Shown one piece after another: positions 9,291 to 18,789 of a DNA stretch of 64,000 nucleotides. Position 1 is the stretch's first letter. The number at the start of each line of letters is the position of its first letter. The notes under the pieces were generated by a model. That model was not told where the DNA came from. It searched no databases and saw only the letters and a program-made list of their open reading frames with translations. Made by a program: the position numbers and the translations under genes. Source of the DNA: Candidatus Limnocylindria bacterium (GTDB taxonomy: Bacteria > Chloroflexota > Limnocylindria > Limnocylindrales > CSP1-4); the NCBI GenBank assembly GCA_035513775.1, contig DATKBR010000078.1:3551-67550 (forward strand), in the 5' to 3' direction.

Positions 9291-12020
9291 CTAGGGCTTG
9301 TTGCGCAAACCTGCGTGGAGAGCGCGCCTGCGGCGCGCGGCTGTCGTCGTGGGGGCCGTCGTGGCCGCGGTTGCCAGCTCGGTCGCGTCATCGTCGGGCG
9401 GAGGCGGCGGCGGGTCCGTCTCGTCCGGCTTCGGTGGCTTCGGCTTGTCCGGGCCCTTGTCATCGTCATCGGGCTCGTCCAGCTTGTCCGGCTTCGGGCA
9501 AGGCCCGGCCAGGGGGCCGCCCCACGATGAGCTGCCGGGCCAGTAAGCGGTGACCGACCCGTACTCCCCACGGACGCCGGCACCGCGTCGCGCCCGCCGC
9601 GTCCAGTCCGCGACGTCATCGTCCCAGCGCCGAGGCCCGAGCTCGGCGGCGACCGGGTTGACCTGCCAGACGCCGCATCCGCGCGTGTACAGGAGGCCTG
9701 CCTGGTCGACGGCCTTCTTGGCGCCGGGCTGGGTGCCGTCGATGAACCACTCGCGCACCGTGGCGCTGGTCCAAGGTCCGGGCTTTCCGCCCGACCAGCG
9801 GTCGGCATTCGCCTGCACGACGTCCTTCGGGGCCTTGAAGTCCGCGACGGGCCAATCCTTCGAGTAGTCGCGCGTGAAGGCGTGCCAGACCTCGCCCGCT
9901 GCGGTGAGCGACGTGGCGTGGACTCGGGAGTTGGGGGCCGAGTGATCGCTGTTGCCCATCCACACGCCGACCGCGAGTGCGGGCGCGTCCGGGTCCTCGG
10001 GGGGCGCGAGGTAGCCGTAGGTCGAGAAGTCGCGCCGGTTGTCGGCCGTGCCGGTCTTCGCCGCCGCGGGTCGGCGCTCGCCATCGGGACCGCGCAGGCC
10101 CAGCGTCAATGACCACCAGCGGTTTTCCCGTGGGTCGGTGTTGCCGGCGAGGATGTCGGTGATGAGGAACGCGGCCTCCTTCGAGACCGCCTGTGTCCCG
10201 TCCGGCTCCGGGGCGCGATAGACGTTCGACCCGTCCGGCCCCTTGATCGACAGGATCATCCGGGTCGGAACGTGCAGGCCGCCGTTGCCGAAGCTTCCGA
10301 AAGCAGAGGTGAGCTCGATCGGCCGGGTCTCAACCGTGCCGATCGCGCCGGCGAGCCCCGCCTGGAGGAAGGTCGTCCGGCCACCCGGGAAGGTCAGGCC
10401 AAGATCCGCCGCGACATCGGCCACGGGCTCGACACCGACGCGCTCCAGGGCGCGGATCGCGGGCAGGTTCAGCGACTGCTGGATCGCATTCCGGACCAGG
10501 ACAGGCCCGCGCTCGAGCTCGTCGGCGTTGTGCGGCGCCCACCCGCCACCGAAGTCGGTCGAGATGTCGAGCAGCAAGCTCGCCGGGGTGAGAACGCGCT
10601 TCTCGAACGCCGTCGCGTAGACGATCGGCTTGAAGGCGGAGCCCGGCTGGCGGTACGAAGCCGCCGCGTCGTGCTCCGGCTGGAATTCGGGGCTTGCGAG
10701 ATCGTCGCGGTAGTAGCCCGCGCTGCCCGCGTACGCGAGGACGTCGCCCTTGCGGTAGTCCAGCGCGACCAGCGAGCCGTTATGGATGTCCTTCCCCTTG
10801 AGCGCACGAATCCAGGACCGGTCGGCCTTCGAGAAGCGCATGTCCTCCATGAGCTTCGCCAGCTGCTTGGCCGGCATGTTGGGCAGGATCGCGCCGGCCG
10901 TGAGATACCGTTCCGCGATCTTCTGCGCGTCCCAGTCCAGCGTCGTGATGACCCGGTAGCCACCGGTCTCGACGGCATCGCGACCCCCGAGCAGCTGCTC
11001 GAGCTGCTTGTGCACCGCCCACGAGAAATGCGGCGCGCGGATGCTCCTGGGCTTGTCGCCGGCCAGGATCACGGGCTCCTCGAGCGCCGCCTCGAGCTGG
11101 GCCGGCGTGAGCCGCGTCCAGCGCGATTCGGCGAGACCCAGCAGGACGTAGTTACGGCGGGCGATCGGGGGTGCGTCGTCGGCAACGACCAGTTGGCCCT
11201 CGGCATCCTCGACTGCGTATCGGTATGGGTCGTACACCGACGGCGCCTTGGCGAGGCCGGCGAGCAGCGCCGCCTGAGCCGGCGTCAGATCGGTGATGTC
11301 CACGCCGAAGTAGATCTCGGCGGCCGCCGCGATGCCGTAAGCCCGGTGACCGTAGTAGATCTCGTTCAGGTACGCGGTGATGATCTGCTGCTTGCCCGCC
11401 TCGCCTGGGAAGGCGGCCGTCAGGCGAGCGGCTTGGAGGATCTCGAGCACCTTGCGGAGGTAGCGGTCCTCGTCGTCGATCACTTCGGCAGGAAGGAGTC
11501 GCGCGCGGACGAGCTGCTGCGTGATCGTCGAGGCGCCACGCTCAACGTCGCTCTCGCTCGAGGCGTTCTGGACGGCCGCAGCCAGGATCGCCGCCGGGTC
11601 GTAGCCGTCGTTGTCCCAGAACGTCCGGTCCTCGGCGGCGATGGTCGCGTCGAGCACGAGCCGGGGGACGTCCGTGAAGGCCACCACGTCGCGCTTCTCG
11701 CGCTCGAACCGCGCGAGCTCCACCGTGCCAGTCCGGTCGTAGACGATCGTCGGCTGGCTGAACGTCAGGCTGGCGAGATTCGCGGGGTCCGGCAGGCCGT
11801 TTGCGAGCGAGCCAATGACACCCACACCAATGACGGCGCCGATGCCGGCGATAGAGCCGGTGGCCACGATTGCAGCCAGGGCGACGGTCAGCGCGATGCG
11901 GCCGATCGGCACCCGCCCGGGCGCGGGGCGGGTGCGCTTGGCGTGGAGCAGCGCTCGCGCCGTGGCAGACAGCCGAATCGGGGTCCGCCGAGGCGGCAAC
12001 CGTCGAGCGGAGCCCGTCAT
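9291..12020 (-). CDS. ponA: Class A penicillin-binding protein (transglycosylase + transpeptidase)
   Basis: GT51 motifs (EDRTFWDNDGYD, RGASTITQQL) and a transpeptidase SxxK/KTG region. Proposed start is the ATG at 12018-12020 (MTGSARRLPP...), removing a 111-aa artefactual extension. The C-terminal Pro/Asp/Lys-rich tail is low complexity. Confidence 0.8.
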   Translation of the reverse strand: MTGSARRLPPRRTPIRLSATARALLHAKRTRPAPGRVPIGRIALTVALAAIVATGSIAGIGAVIGVGVIGSLANGLPDPANLASLTFSQPTIVYDRTGTVELARFEREKRDVVAFTDVPRLVLDATIAAEDRTFWDNDGYDPAAILAAAVQNASSESDVERGASTITQQLVRARLLPAEVIDDEDRYLRKVLEILQAARLTAAFPGEAGKQQIITAYLNEIYYGHRAYGIAAAAEIYFGVDITDLTPAQAALLAGLAKAPSVYDPYRYAVEDAEGQLVVADDAPPIARRNYVLLGLAESRWTRLTPAQLEAALEEPVILAGDKPRSIRAPHFSWAVHKQLEQLLGGRDAVETGGYRVITTLDWDAQKIAERYLTAGAILPNMPAKQLAKLMEDMRFSKADRSWIRALKGKDIHNGSLVALDYRKGDVLAYAGSAGYYRDDLASPEFQPEHDAAASYRQPGSAFKPIVYATAFEKRVLTPASLLLDISTDFGGGWAPHNADELERGPVLVRNAIQQSLNLPAIRALERVGVEPVADVAADLGLTFPGGRTTFLQAGLAGAIGTVETRPIELTSAFGSFGNGGLHVPTRMILSIKGPDGSNVYRAPEPDGTQAVSKEAAFLITDILAGNTDPRENRWWSLTLGLRGPDGERRPAAAKTGTADNRRDFSTYGYLAPPEDPDAPALAVGVWMGNSDHSAPNSRVHATSLTAAGEVWHAFTRDYSKDWPVADFKAPKDVVQANADRWSGGKPGPWTSATVREWFIDGTQPGAKKAVDQAGLLYTRGCGVWQVNPVAAELGPRRWDDDVADWTRRARRGAGVRGEYGSVTAYWPGSSSWGGPLAGPCPKPDKLDEPDDDDKGPDKPKPPKPDETDPPPPPPDDDATELATAATTAPTTTAARRRRALHAGLRNKP

Positions 12021-12465
12021 GCCCTGCCGGCGATCCGACCGGTTCGCACCATCGAGTGGAGGAAGCGGAGATGCTCGATCTCCCGCACGGTCCACCCGCT
12101 GCGCACTGGCCGCAGGCCGTGGGCGAGCGCGACAAGATTGCCCGCCTCGCGCTGCGTCCAGCCGCCGGACTCGAGGCGCCAGACCAGGTCTTGCGCGGCC
12201 GCCGTAGCGGCAGTGGTGATAGCCATTATCGGGGTGGGTGCTCCAAGATGCGTGCCACCCCGTTGCAGGGAGGCCTCCCCGACCATGCGGGCGTCGGCGC
12301 TTCGGGCGATCCTCATGGCCGGACGGGACCGCGTTGCAGTCCGCTCGCACCATGCGTGTCTCAGCCCTTCGGGAAACGTCATGGCGCCGCCCGTTGTCGC
12401 AGCGCTGCGATGCCCGATCACGGGCGAGCCATGACAGGCTCGGCGCGCCGGGCCATCATGGATAC

Positions 12466-14820
12466 GTGGCGCACAACCTCGTCGATCGCGCCGGCTCGTC
12501 CCGGCCCGAGACGACTCTCCTGCCGCCGCCACGCCCGGCAATCGTGCCCGCCACCGACCTTGGTGGGGTGGGGGTGCTGAAGCACGGGAACCTGTTCCTG
12601 CTCTCCGACCCGTTCGGCGACGTCCACCCCGACACCCGCGGCCTCGGGCTCTACGACCTCGACACGCGCGTTCTCTCGTGCGCGATCCTCCGAATCAATG
12701 GCGTGCGCCCGACGCTGCTGCGCGCCCAGTCCGCGTCCAGCCACATCAGCACCATCCAGCTGACCAACCCGGAGCTCCGGCGCGATCCGGCGATCAAGCA
12801 GGGCGCCGCCGAGGCGCTCTCGATGCGGGCGCTCTCGTTGACCCGGCGGCGCTGGATCGCCGGCGGCCTGGCCGAGCGCATCGAGGTGACCAACTACAGT
12901 GGAGCCATCCAGCAGATCCGCCTGGACCTGGAGCTCGACGCGGACGCGGCCGACATCTTCGAGGTGCGGGGCCGGATACGGCAGCGGCGCGGCGCCTATC
13001 GGCCCACCGAGGCGACCAGCGAGTCGCTGGTGTTCGCGTACGAGGGGCTCGATGGCCTGGTCCGCCGGACGCTCGTCGCGTTCACGCCCGCGGAGGTGGC
13101 TGCCAGCCCGGCCGATGGCGCCGTCGGAGGCGAGGGCTCGGTCCGACTGACGTGGCTGCTGGAGGTCGAGCCGGGCGGGCGGGCCGGCGTGCGTTGGGAG
13201 GTCTCCACGGACCTCACGCCCGCGGAGGGGCGGTCGCAGCCGGCCGAGACCACGCCGACTCGGCTCGCGCAGGCCGTTGCGAGTCGCGAACCGGGCGCCG
13301 TACTCAACGATGCCGTTCGCAACGATGGAGCCGGGCCCGTCCGCGGCAGCGGGATCGACGAGCCCTCGGTGGCCGAGGCCGAGTACGGAACCTGGAACGA
13401 TCGCTGTGCCCGCATCCGCTCCGACGGCGAACTCCTGGACCTGGCGATCCGGCGGAGCATCGCCGACCTGCGCCTCCTCCGGAACGACGGCCCGATGCGC
13501 GGCGAGCACTACCTGGCCGCGGGTGTGCCCTGGTTCACGACCCTGTTCGGGCGCGACAGCATCATTACCTCGCTCCAGGTGCTGCCGTTCATGCCGGACG
13601 TCGCGCGCGAGACGCTCCGCATCCTCGCGGACTGGCAGGCGACGGAGGATGATCCGGAACGCGACATGGAGCCCGGCAAGATCCTGCACGAGCTGCGCGT
13701 CGGCGAGCTGGCCCGGACCGGGGAGCTCCCCCATCGCCCGTACTACGGCAGCGTCGATTCCACGCCACTGTGGCTGATCCTGCTCGACGAGACGTACCGC
13801 TGGACCGGCGACCTGGACCTCGTGCGCTCGCTGTGGCCCAACGCGCTGGCGGCCCTCGACTGGATCGACAACCACGGGGACCGCGACGGCGACGGCTTCG
13901 TCGAGTACGAGCGCCGCACCACCGCGGGCTTGCTCAACCAGGGCTGGAAGGACTCGGGCGACGCGATCCGGCACAGGGACGGCAGCCTGGCTGTGGCGCC
14001 GATCGCGCTCGTCGAGGTCCAGGGCTACGTGTACGACGCCAAGCGCCGCCTCTCCGGGCTCGCGGAGCGACTCGGAGAGCACGAGCTGGCGGAGCGCCTG
14101 GGCCGCGAGGCCGACGAACTCCGCGCGCGCTTCGACGAGGCGTTCTGGATGCCCGATGCGAAGTACTACGCCATCGCGCTCGATCGGGACAAGCGCCAGG
14201 TCGGCACGATCACCTCGAATCCGGGCCATTGCCTGTGGAGCGGGATCGTGCCCCCGGAGCGCGTCGATTCCGTGGTGGATCGCCTGCTGGATCCCACCAT
14301 GGATTGCGGCTGGGGCATTCGGACGTACGCGTCTGGCCAGCCCGGCTACAACCCGGTGGGCTATCACACGGGCACTGTCTGGCCGCACGACAACGCGCTC
14401 ATCGCCGCGGGCATGAAACGCGTCGGGCGGCACGATGCCGCCGATCGCGTCGCTTCCCGCATCTTCGAGGCGGCCCAGCGCTCACCGGACTTCCGGCTCC
14501 CGGAGCTGTTCTGCGGATTCGATCGCGGCCTCGCGGACGTGCCCGTGCCGTACCCGGTCGCGTGCTCGCCCCAGGCATGGTCCGCGGCGACCTCGCTCTC
14601 GCTCCTCCAGACGATGCTGGGCATGCACGCCGATGCGGCTGGGGACGTGCTCGAGCTCGATCGGCCGCACCTGCCGGCGTGGCTCGGCAAGGTGACCGTG
14701 CATGAGCTGCGCGTCGGCGAGCGCACGGTCGACCTGCTGTTCCATCGCTGGCGCGGGAACACCACGAGTGCGGAGGTCCTGCGACGGGACGGTCCGCTGG
14801 AGCTCGTGATCCGCGTCTAG
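12466..14820 (+). CDS. Amylo-alpha-1,6-glucosidase / glycogen-debranching-enzyme family (GDE_N + GDE_C)
   Basis: Carries the N-terminal bacterial GDE domain plus a C-terminal six-hairpin glucosidase region (GWKDSGDAIRH, GYHTGTVWPHDN). Start is uncertain; I chose the GTG at 12466, with alternatives at 12349 and 12238. Confidence 0.7.
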   Translation: MAHNLVDRAGSSRPETTLLPPPRPAIVPATDLGGVGVLKHGNLFLLSDPFGDVHPDTRGLGLYDLDTRVLSCAILRINGVRPTLLRAQSASSHISTIQLTNPELRRDPAIKQGAAEALSMRALSLTRRRWIAGGLAERIEVTNYSGAIQQIRLDLELDADAADIFEVRGRIRQRRGAYRPTEATSESLVFAYEGLDGLVRRTLVAFTPAEVAASPADGAVGGEGSVRLTWLLEVEPGGRAGVRWEVSTDLTPAEGRSQPAETTPTRLAQAVASREPGAVLNDAVRNDGAGPVRGSGIDEPSVAEAEYGTWNDRCARIRSDGELLDLAIRRSIADLRLLRNDGPMRGEHYLAAGVPWFTTLFGRDSIITSLQVLPFMPDVARETLRILADWQATEDDPERDMEPGKILHELRVGELARTGELPHRPYYGSVDSTPLWLILLDETYRWTGDLDLVRSLWPNALAALDWIDNHGDRDGDGFVEYERRTTAGLLNQGWKDSGDAIRHRDGSLAVAPIALVEVQGYVYDAKRRLSGLAERLGEHELAERLGREADELRARFDEAFWMPDAKYYAIALDRDKRQVGTITSNPGHCLWSGIVPPERVDSVVDRLLDPTMDCGWGIRTYASGQPGYNPVGYHTGTVWPHDNALIAAGMKRVGRHDAADRVASRIFEAAQRSPDFRLPELFCGFDRGLADVPVPYPVACSPQAWSAATSLSLLQTMLGMHADAAGDVLELDRPHLPAWLGKVTVHELRVGERTVDLLFHRWRGNTTSAEVLRRDGPLELVIRV

Positions 14821-14951
14821 CCGAACCTGCCGCCGTCAGGCGATTGCAACGAGACGCGCAGGCGGCGTTGTCGTCGATGGTCCCCACCCTGAGCGACAGT
14901 GGCTGCGAGTCCTTCGGGACCTGTCAACTGTTCGCAGGGATGGAGGTCCTA

Positions 14952-15233
14952 ATGAGCATAATTGCATGGATCGTGCTTGGCGCGATCGCCGGCTACCTGG
15001 CCGGATTCCTCGTCAAGGGTGACGAGGGCATGGGCGTGATCGGGCACATCGTGCTCGGCATCGTCGGCGCCCTCGTCGGCGGGTTCCTCGCCGGCGTCCT
15101 GTTCAACACGAACCCGATCGACGGCCCGCTCGACATCAGCTCGATCGTGACTGCGGTGATCGGCGCCGTGATCGCCGTCGTTGTCTGGAACGCCCTCACC
15201 GGGCGCACGAGGGCCGGCCGCGGCATGGCCTAA
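14952..15233 (+). CDS. GlsB/YeaQ/YmgE-family stress membrane protein
   Basis: 93 aa with a Gly-zipper repeat (GAIAGYLAGFLV... GIVGALVGGFLAGVLF). GGAGG RBS 6 nt upstream of the ATG at 14952. Confidence 0.75.
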   Translation: MSIIAWIVLGAIAGYLAGFLVKGDEGMGVIGHIVLGIVGALVGGFLAGVLFNTNPIDGPLDISSIVTAVIGAVIAVVVWNALTGRTRAGRGMA

Positions 15234-15288
15234 GTCGGTTGTCGGCCCGGGTGGCTCCACGGCGCCCAGGTCGATCCATCGGATCCAA

Positions 15289-15326
15289 GAACGCCCACCG
15301 GCAACGGTGGGCGTTCTCCTGATTCC
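15289..15326 (+). terminator. Intrinsic terminator downstream of the GlsB-family gene
   Basis: Perfect 12-bp stem GAACGCCCACCG / CGGTGGGCGTTC with a GCAA loop, followed by TCCTGATTCC. Confidence 0.6.
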
Positions 15327-15756
15327 AGCTCCCCGACAACGCCGGGCCCCATTTCCACGCCACGCTCGAGTCACCACCTGGCGAGTGGCGGTTGCGGGGC
15401 AAGCTCGACCACTGCTCCCGAGGTGGCCTACTGCGATGCGAATGCAAGGGTCGCACGGGATCGGCGGAATCGCCGCCGTGATCGGCGGAATCGCACGATC
15501 GCGGCGACGCGACGATCCCCTCATCGTCTCGTCCCCTCCCTGGGAACCCGGTCTGCCCGGCCGGAGCTCCCGACCTTCTCCGACCGTCCGGTCCGCCGGA
15601 CGGTCGCGGGTTTTCTGGGCCTTCTCAGGATGGCGACGCGGCAAACGAAGGTCAGATCGCGAGACTCGGTTTCGCGCCTGGCGTCTCCCGCGCAAGCTGG
15701 TTCGGGCGCCAGCGGCCGCCGCGCGCGGCTTGCGCCCCAGGTGGACGGCTGCTAGG

Positions 15757-16136
15757 TCAGGTCGTGGCCTTGGCACCGCCGCGAGCGCGGCGATCCGCGA
15801 GCACGAGACCCATCGCGGCGAGCGGCGCCAGGGCGAGTGCCACGAGGAGTCGCGGCGCGCCCCCGATGAGCATCCCGATGGCGAGGCCGAGTGACAGCGC
15901 GACCCCGGTCGAGACGCGCTCGTCGGAGCCCTTCTCGATCACCTGGAACACGTCGTTGACGGCCGAGCGCGAAGCGCGGGCCATGTCGGGCACGGACCGC
16001 CCAACTTCGGCCAGGGCGCCCCTGACCTCGTGCATTGCGGTCTGGACCGTATCTCGGCCTCCGGCGATGTCGCCGCCGTTTGCCCCGCGCGATCGAGTGG
16101 TCGTCTCGCGAGTCGTGGTCGTTTCACTGGCCATTG
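15757..16136 (-). CDS. DUF883/ElaB-like (or DUF3618-like) membrane-anchored stress protein
   Basis: 126 aa from the ATG at 16134-16136, with an AGGAGG RBS 8 nt upstream. Hydrophilic N-terminal part and a C-terminal TM anchor LSLGLAIGMLIGG...LALAPLAAMGLVLA. Confidence 0.55.
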
Positions 16137-16279
16137 GTGCGTACCTCCTGCTGATGCGGCGGAATTGCCGCTGTGATCGGGTTGCAACTCCTCGGCGTGG
16201 TCGCACGAGGCGTCGAGAGGGGATGAGTGGGTACGGTCAACCCGAGCGCGGCGCCTGCCGCCTCGAAGGAGGACCGAAA

Positions 16280-16507
16280 ATGAGCGACCTGAAGCGAACC
16301 GTCCGTGACACCGAGGCCGACATGAAGGAGACCTGGCGCAAGGCGGACGGCGACGAATCCCTCGGCGACAAGGCGGCGAACGTTGGCGAACGCCTCGAGA
16401 ACGCCGTCGAGAACGCCGGCGACAAGCTTCACGAGGAGACGGACGCGGCGTCGCGGGACGCGGCGTACGAGCGGGGCCGCGCGGACGAGGCAACCGGAAC
16501 TCGCTGA
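16280..16507 (+). CDS. Small hydrophilic CsbD-like stress protein (75 aa)
   Basis: GAAGGAGGA RBS before the ATG at 16280. K/E/D-rich sequence MSDLKRTVRDTEADMKETWRKADGDESLGDKAANVGERLENAVENAGDKL, similar in style to CsbD. Confidence 0.5.
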   Translation: MSDLKRTVRDTEADMKETWRKADGDESLGDKAANVGERLENAVENAGDKLHEETDAASRDAAYERGRADEATGTR

Positions 16508-17178
16508 GCTCGCTTCGGTACGGCCGCCGCTGGCGACACGCCCGCGGCGGCCGTTCCATGTCCGGCCCGATGCCTGGCGGCGCGGGCCCGCACGAACGAG
16601 CCGGCGGGCGCGCCGGCGCCAGATGGGAGGCCGGGGCGAACCGCGATGCCGGGGCCGACTGCTATGCCGGCGCCAACCGGCAGCGCCGGTGCGGTGTCCG
16701 GTTCGACGACGGGCGCGGCGTGCTCCTCAGCCCCGCAGTACGGGCAGGCCTCCAGATTGCTAGCCGACCACGTGCCGCAGCTGCTGCACGGTTCCGCGAG
16801 CCAGACGGCACACGCCGGGCAGCGCAGCCAGCTGGATTCGATGGACAGCTGACAGCTGGGGCAGGCCGGGCCGTCGACGACGGCGCCCAACTCACGGGCC
16901 AGGTATCGGGCGCGGTGGTCGGCAGCGGTGATCTGCGGACGCGCGAACCCGTAGATCGCGAGCGCCACCGGGAGCATGAGCGGCGTCGAGACGATGATCC
17001 AGGCCGACGCGAGGAACGCGACGAGGGTCGATTCGCTGCGACGCGCCGCGTCCTGGTATGCCCACCATGCGGCGGCCAGCCACAGCGCGAGCAACGCGAT
17101 GCCCAGCAGGGTGACCCCGGTAGAGACCAGGGGATTGGACAGGACTTCGGTGAAGATGTCGGCGATAGAGTCGGTCAT
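16429..17178 (-). CDS. Membrane protein with two TM helices and a double zinc-ribbon (4x CxxC) domain
   Basis: TM helices, then CPSC...CPAC...CSSC...CPYC. The 3' end is low complexity and overlaps the convergent gene by ~79 nt, so the true stop is uncertain. Confidence 0.5.
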   Translation of the reverse strand: MTDSIADIFTEVLSNPLVSTGVTLLGIALLALWLAAAWWAYQDAARRSESTLVAFLASAWIIVSTPLMLPVALAIYGFARPQITAADHRARYLARELGAVVDGPACPSCQLSIESSWLRCPACAVWLAEPCSSCGTWSASNLEACPYCGAEEHAAPVVEPDTAPALPVGAGIAVGPGIAVRPGLPSGAGAPAGSFVRARAARHRAGHGTAAAGVSPAAAVPKRAQRVPVASSARPRSYAASRDAASVSS

Positions 17179-17325
17179 CGTCTCACCAGTCTCAGGACCG
17201 GCCGTGTCCGCGGTGACGGCGGCAGTCCCCCGGTGCTTGCAGATCCGTGACGCTCGTGGCTGCGCCCGCGTGGCGGCAGCGTCAGTTGCCGCGTCCGGCT
17301 GTTCCCGGCCCGAGCGACCTTTCGG

Positions 17326-17577
17326 TCAGGACTCGGTGGCGGGCGTTCCGCGCGCGTCACCGTCCGTGGCGGCCCCGGCCGGCCCCGCCGGCTGGCCCAG
17401 ACCGCGATCGCCTGTCCGCCCTTCGTCGAGGAGCGCAACCGCCTCGATGATGTGCTGGGCGGATTCGCGCAGCGTCTGGTCGTTGGCCTCACCCGCTCGC
17501 TTCAGGTCCGCGGCCGTGATGTTGGCCTCGACGCCGTGATCCTCGTGGGGCTGCCCGCAGCCGCAATTCATGCACAT
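17326..17577 (-). CDS. Small Cys/His-rich hypothetical protein (83 aa), possible metal-binding
   Basis: N-terminal MCMNCGCGQPHEDHG, then VEANITAADL, which resembles the EDHG(I/V)xxVTPEL motif of small DUF1059-type proteins. A GAGG-like RBS is present. Confidence 0.35.
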   Translation of the reverse strand: MCMNCGCGQPHEDHGVEANITAADLKRAGEANDQTLRESAQHIIEAVALLDEGRTGDRGLGQPAGPAGAATDGDARGTPATES

Positions 17578-17643
17578 CGCGGTGCCTCGCTTTCATCGGA
17601 CTTGAGTTCCCTGCACGCCCTTGCGTGCCGGGCCGCCGCAAAC

Positions 17644-18789
17644 CTATGCCGCGCGGCGACTCGTCCGGGCCGCCACGCGCCGTCCGCGCGCTTGCGACCT
17701 CCTTGCAGCGGCGGCCGACCGTGCCGCACGCCGGAGCACCGCCAGGACGGCCAGCTCCTCGCGTCTCTGGATCGGTTCGTGGAGGGCCTTGCCGCGCCGA
17801 CCGGTCGAAGTCGATGCCGGCTCGGGCCGCGGCGGACCGGCGATCACAGGCTCGAACGCCGCCAGCACCGCCGGGTGGACGTAGCTGTTGCGCGTCACCG
17901 CGAGGGTGTCGTTGAGTACCTCCGCCGTGCGCCGGATAGCCTCGACGTCCGGACGGCTGCGCCGACCCGCGTCGTCCGGCGGCGCGGGCGTGCGCAGCGC
18001 TCGGTGGGCCAGGACGGTCGCGGTCCAGGTCCGGAAGTCCTTGGCACTGACGTCCTCGTCGCCGGCGGCCTCGCGCAGGTACGCATTCACGTCCTCGGAC
18101 GAGATCCCGCGCTCCTCGCCGTCCTCGTCGACGTACTGGAACAGGCGCTGGCCCGGCAGGTCTCGACAGCGTCGGACGACGGCCGCGAGTCGCCGGTCGA
18201 CCAGCGTCGCCTCCTCGGTGCGACCGCCCTTGCCGCGGAATCGAAACCGGATCGTCTCGCCCGAGACGCTCGCGTGGCGGTCGCGCAGGGTGCTGATCCC
18301 GAAGGACTTGTTGACGCGCGCGTATTCCTCGTTGCCGACCCGCAGCGGCGTGGCGTCGAGCAGCCCGACTACGGCCGCGAGAACCTTCTCCTGGGGCAGG
18401 CCGCGGCGCGAAAGATCGAGGCGTACCTGGCGCCGGATGCGCGGCAATGCCGCCCCGAACGCGGTGAGGCGGGCGAACTTGGTCGCGTCCCGGCGCGCGC
18501 GATAGCGGGTGTGGTACAGGTACTGGCGCCGACCGCGCGAGTCGCGACCTGTCGCCTGCAGGTGCCCGGTCGGGCTGAGGCAGATCCAGACATCGGTCCA
18601 GGCCGGCGGGATCGCGAGGGCCCGGATCCGCGTTAGCGTCTCGAGGTCCGTGATGGGCCGCCCTTTCGCGTCCAGGTATTTGAAGCCCTTGCCCGCACGC
18701 TGCCGCCGGAATCCGGGATCCTCTGGCGAGGCATACCGGAGCCCGATCGAGGTCGCGTCGCTAGGTACCGGCGCCGACACGGTCGCCAC
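17644..18789 (-). CDS. Type IB DNA topoisomerase (poxvirus/bacterial TopIB family)
   Basis: Catalytic-tyrosine motif TRNSYVHPAV (SxxYxHP) and N-terminal DNA-binding-region motifs (LAIPPAWTDVWI). Confidence 0.75.
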   Translation of the reverse strand: MATVSAPVPSDATSIGLRYASPEDPGFRRQRAGKGFKYLDAKGRPITDLETLTRIRALAIPPAWTDVWICLSPTGHLQATGRDSRGRRQYLYHTRYRARRDATKFARLTAFGAALPRIRRQVRLDLSRRGLPQEKVLAAVVGLLDATPLRVGNEEYARVNKSFGISTLRDRHASVSGETIRFRFRGKGGRTEEATLVDRRLAAVVRRCRDLPGQRLFQYVDEDGEERGISSEDVNAYLREAAGDEDVSAKDFRTWTATVLAHRALRTPAPPDDAGRRSRPDVEAIRRTAEVLNDTLAVTRNSYVHPAVLAAFEPVIAGPPRPEPASTSTGRRGKALHEPIQRREELAVLAVLRRAARSAAAARRSQARGRRVAARTSRRAA

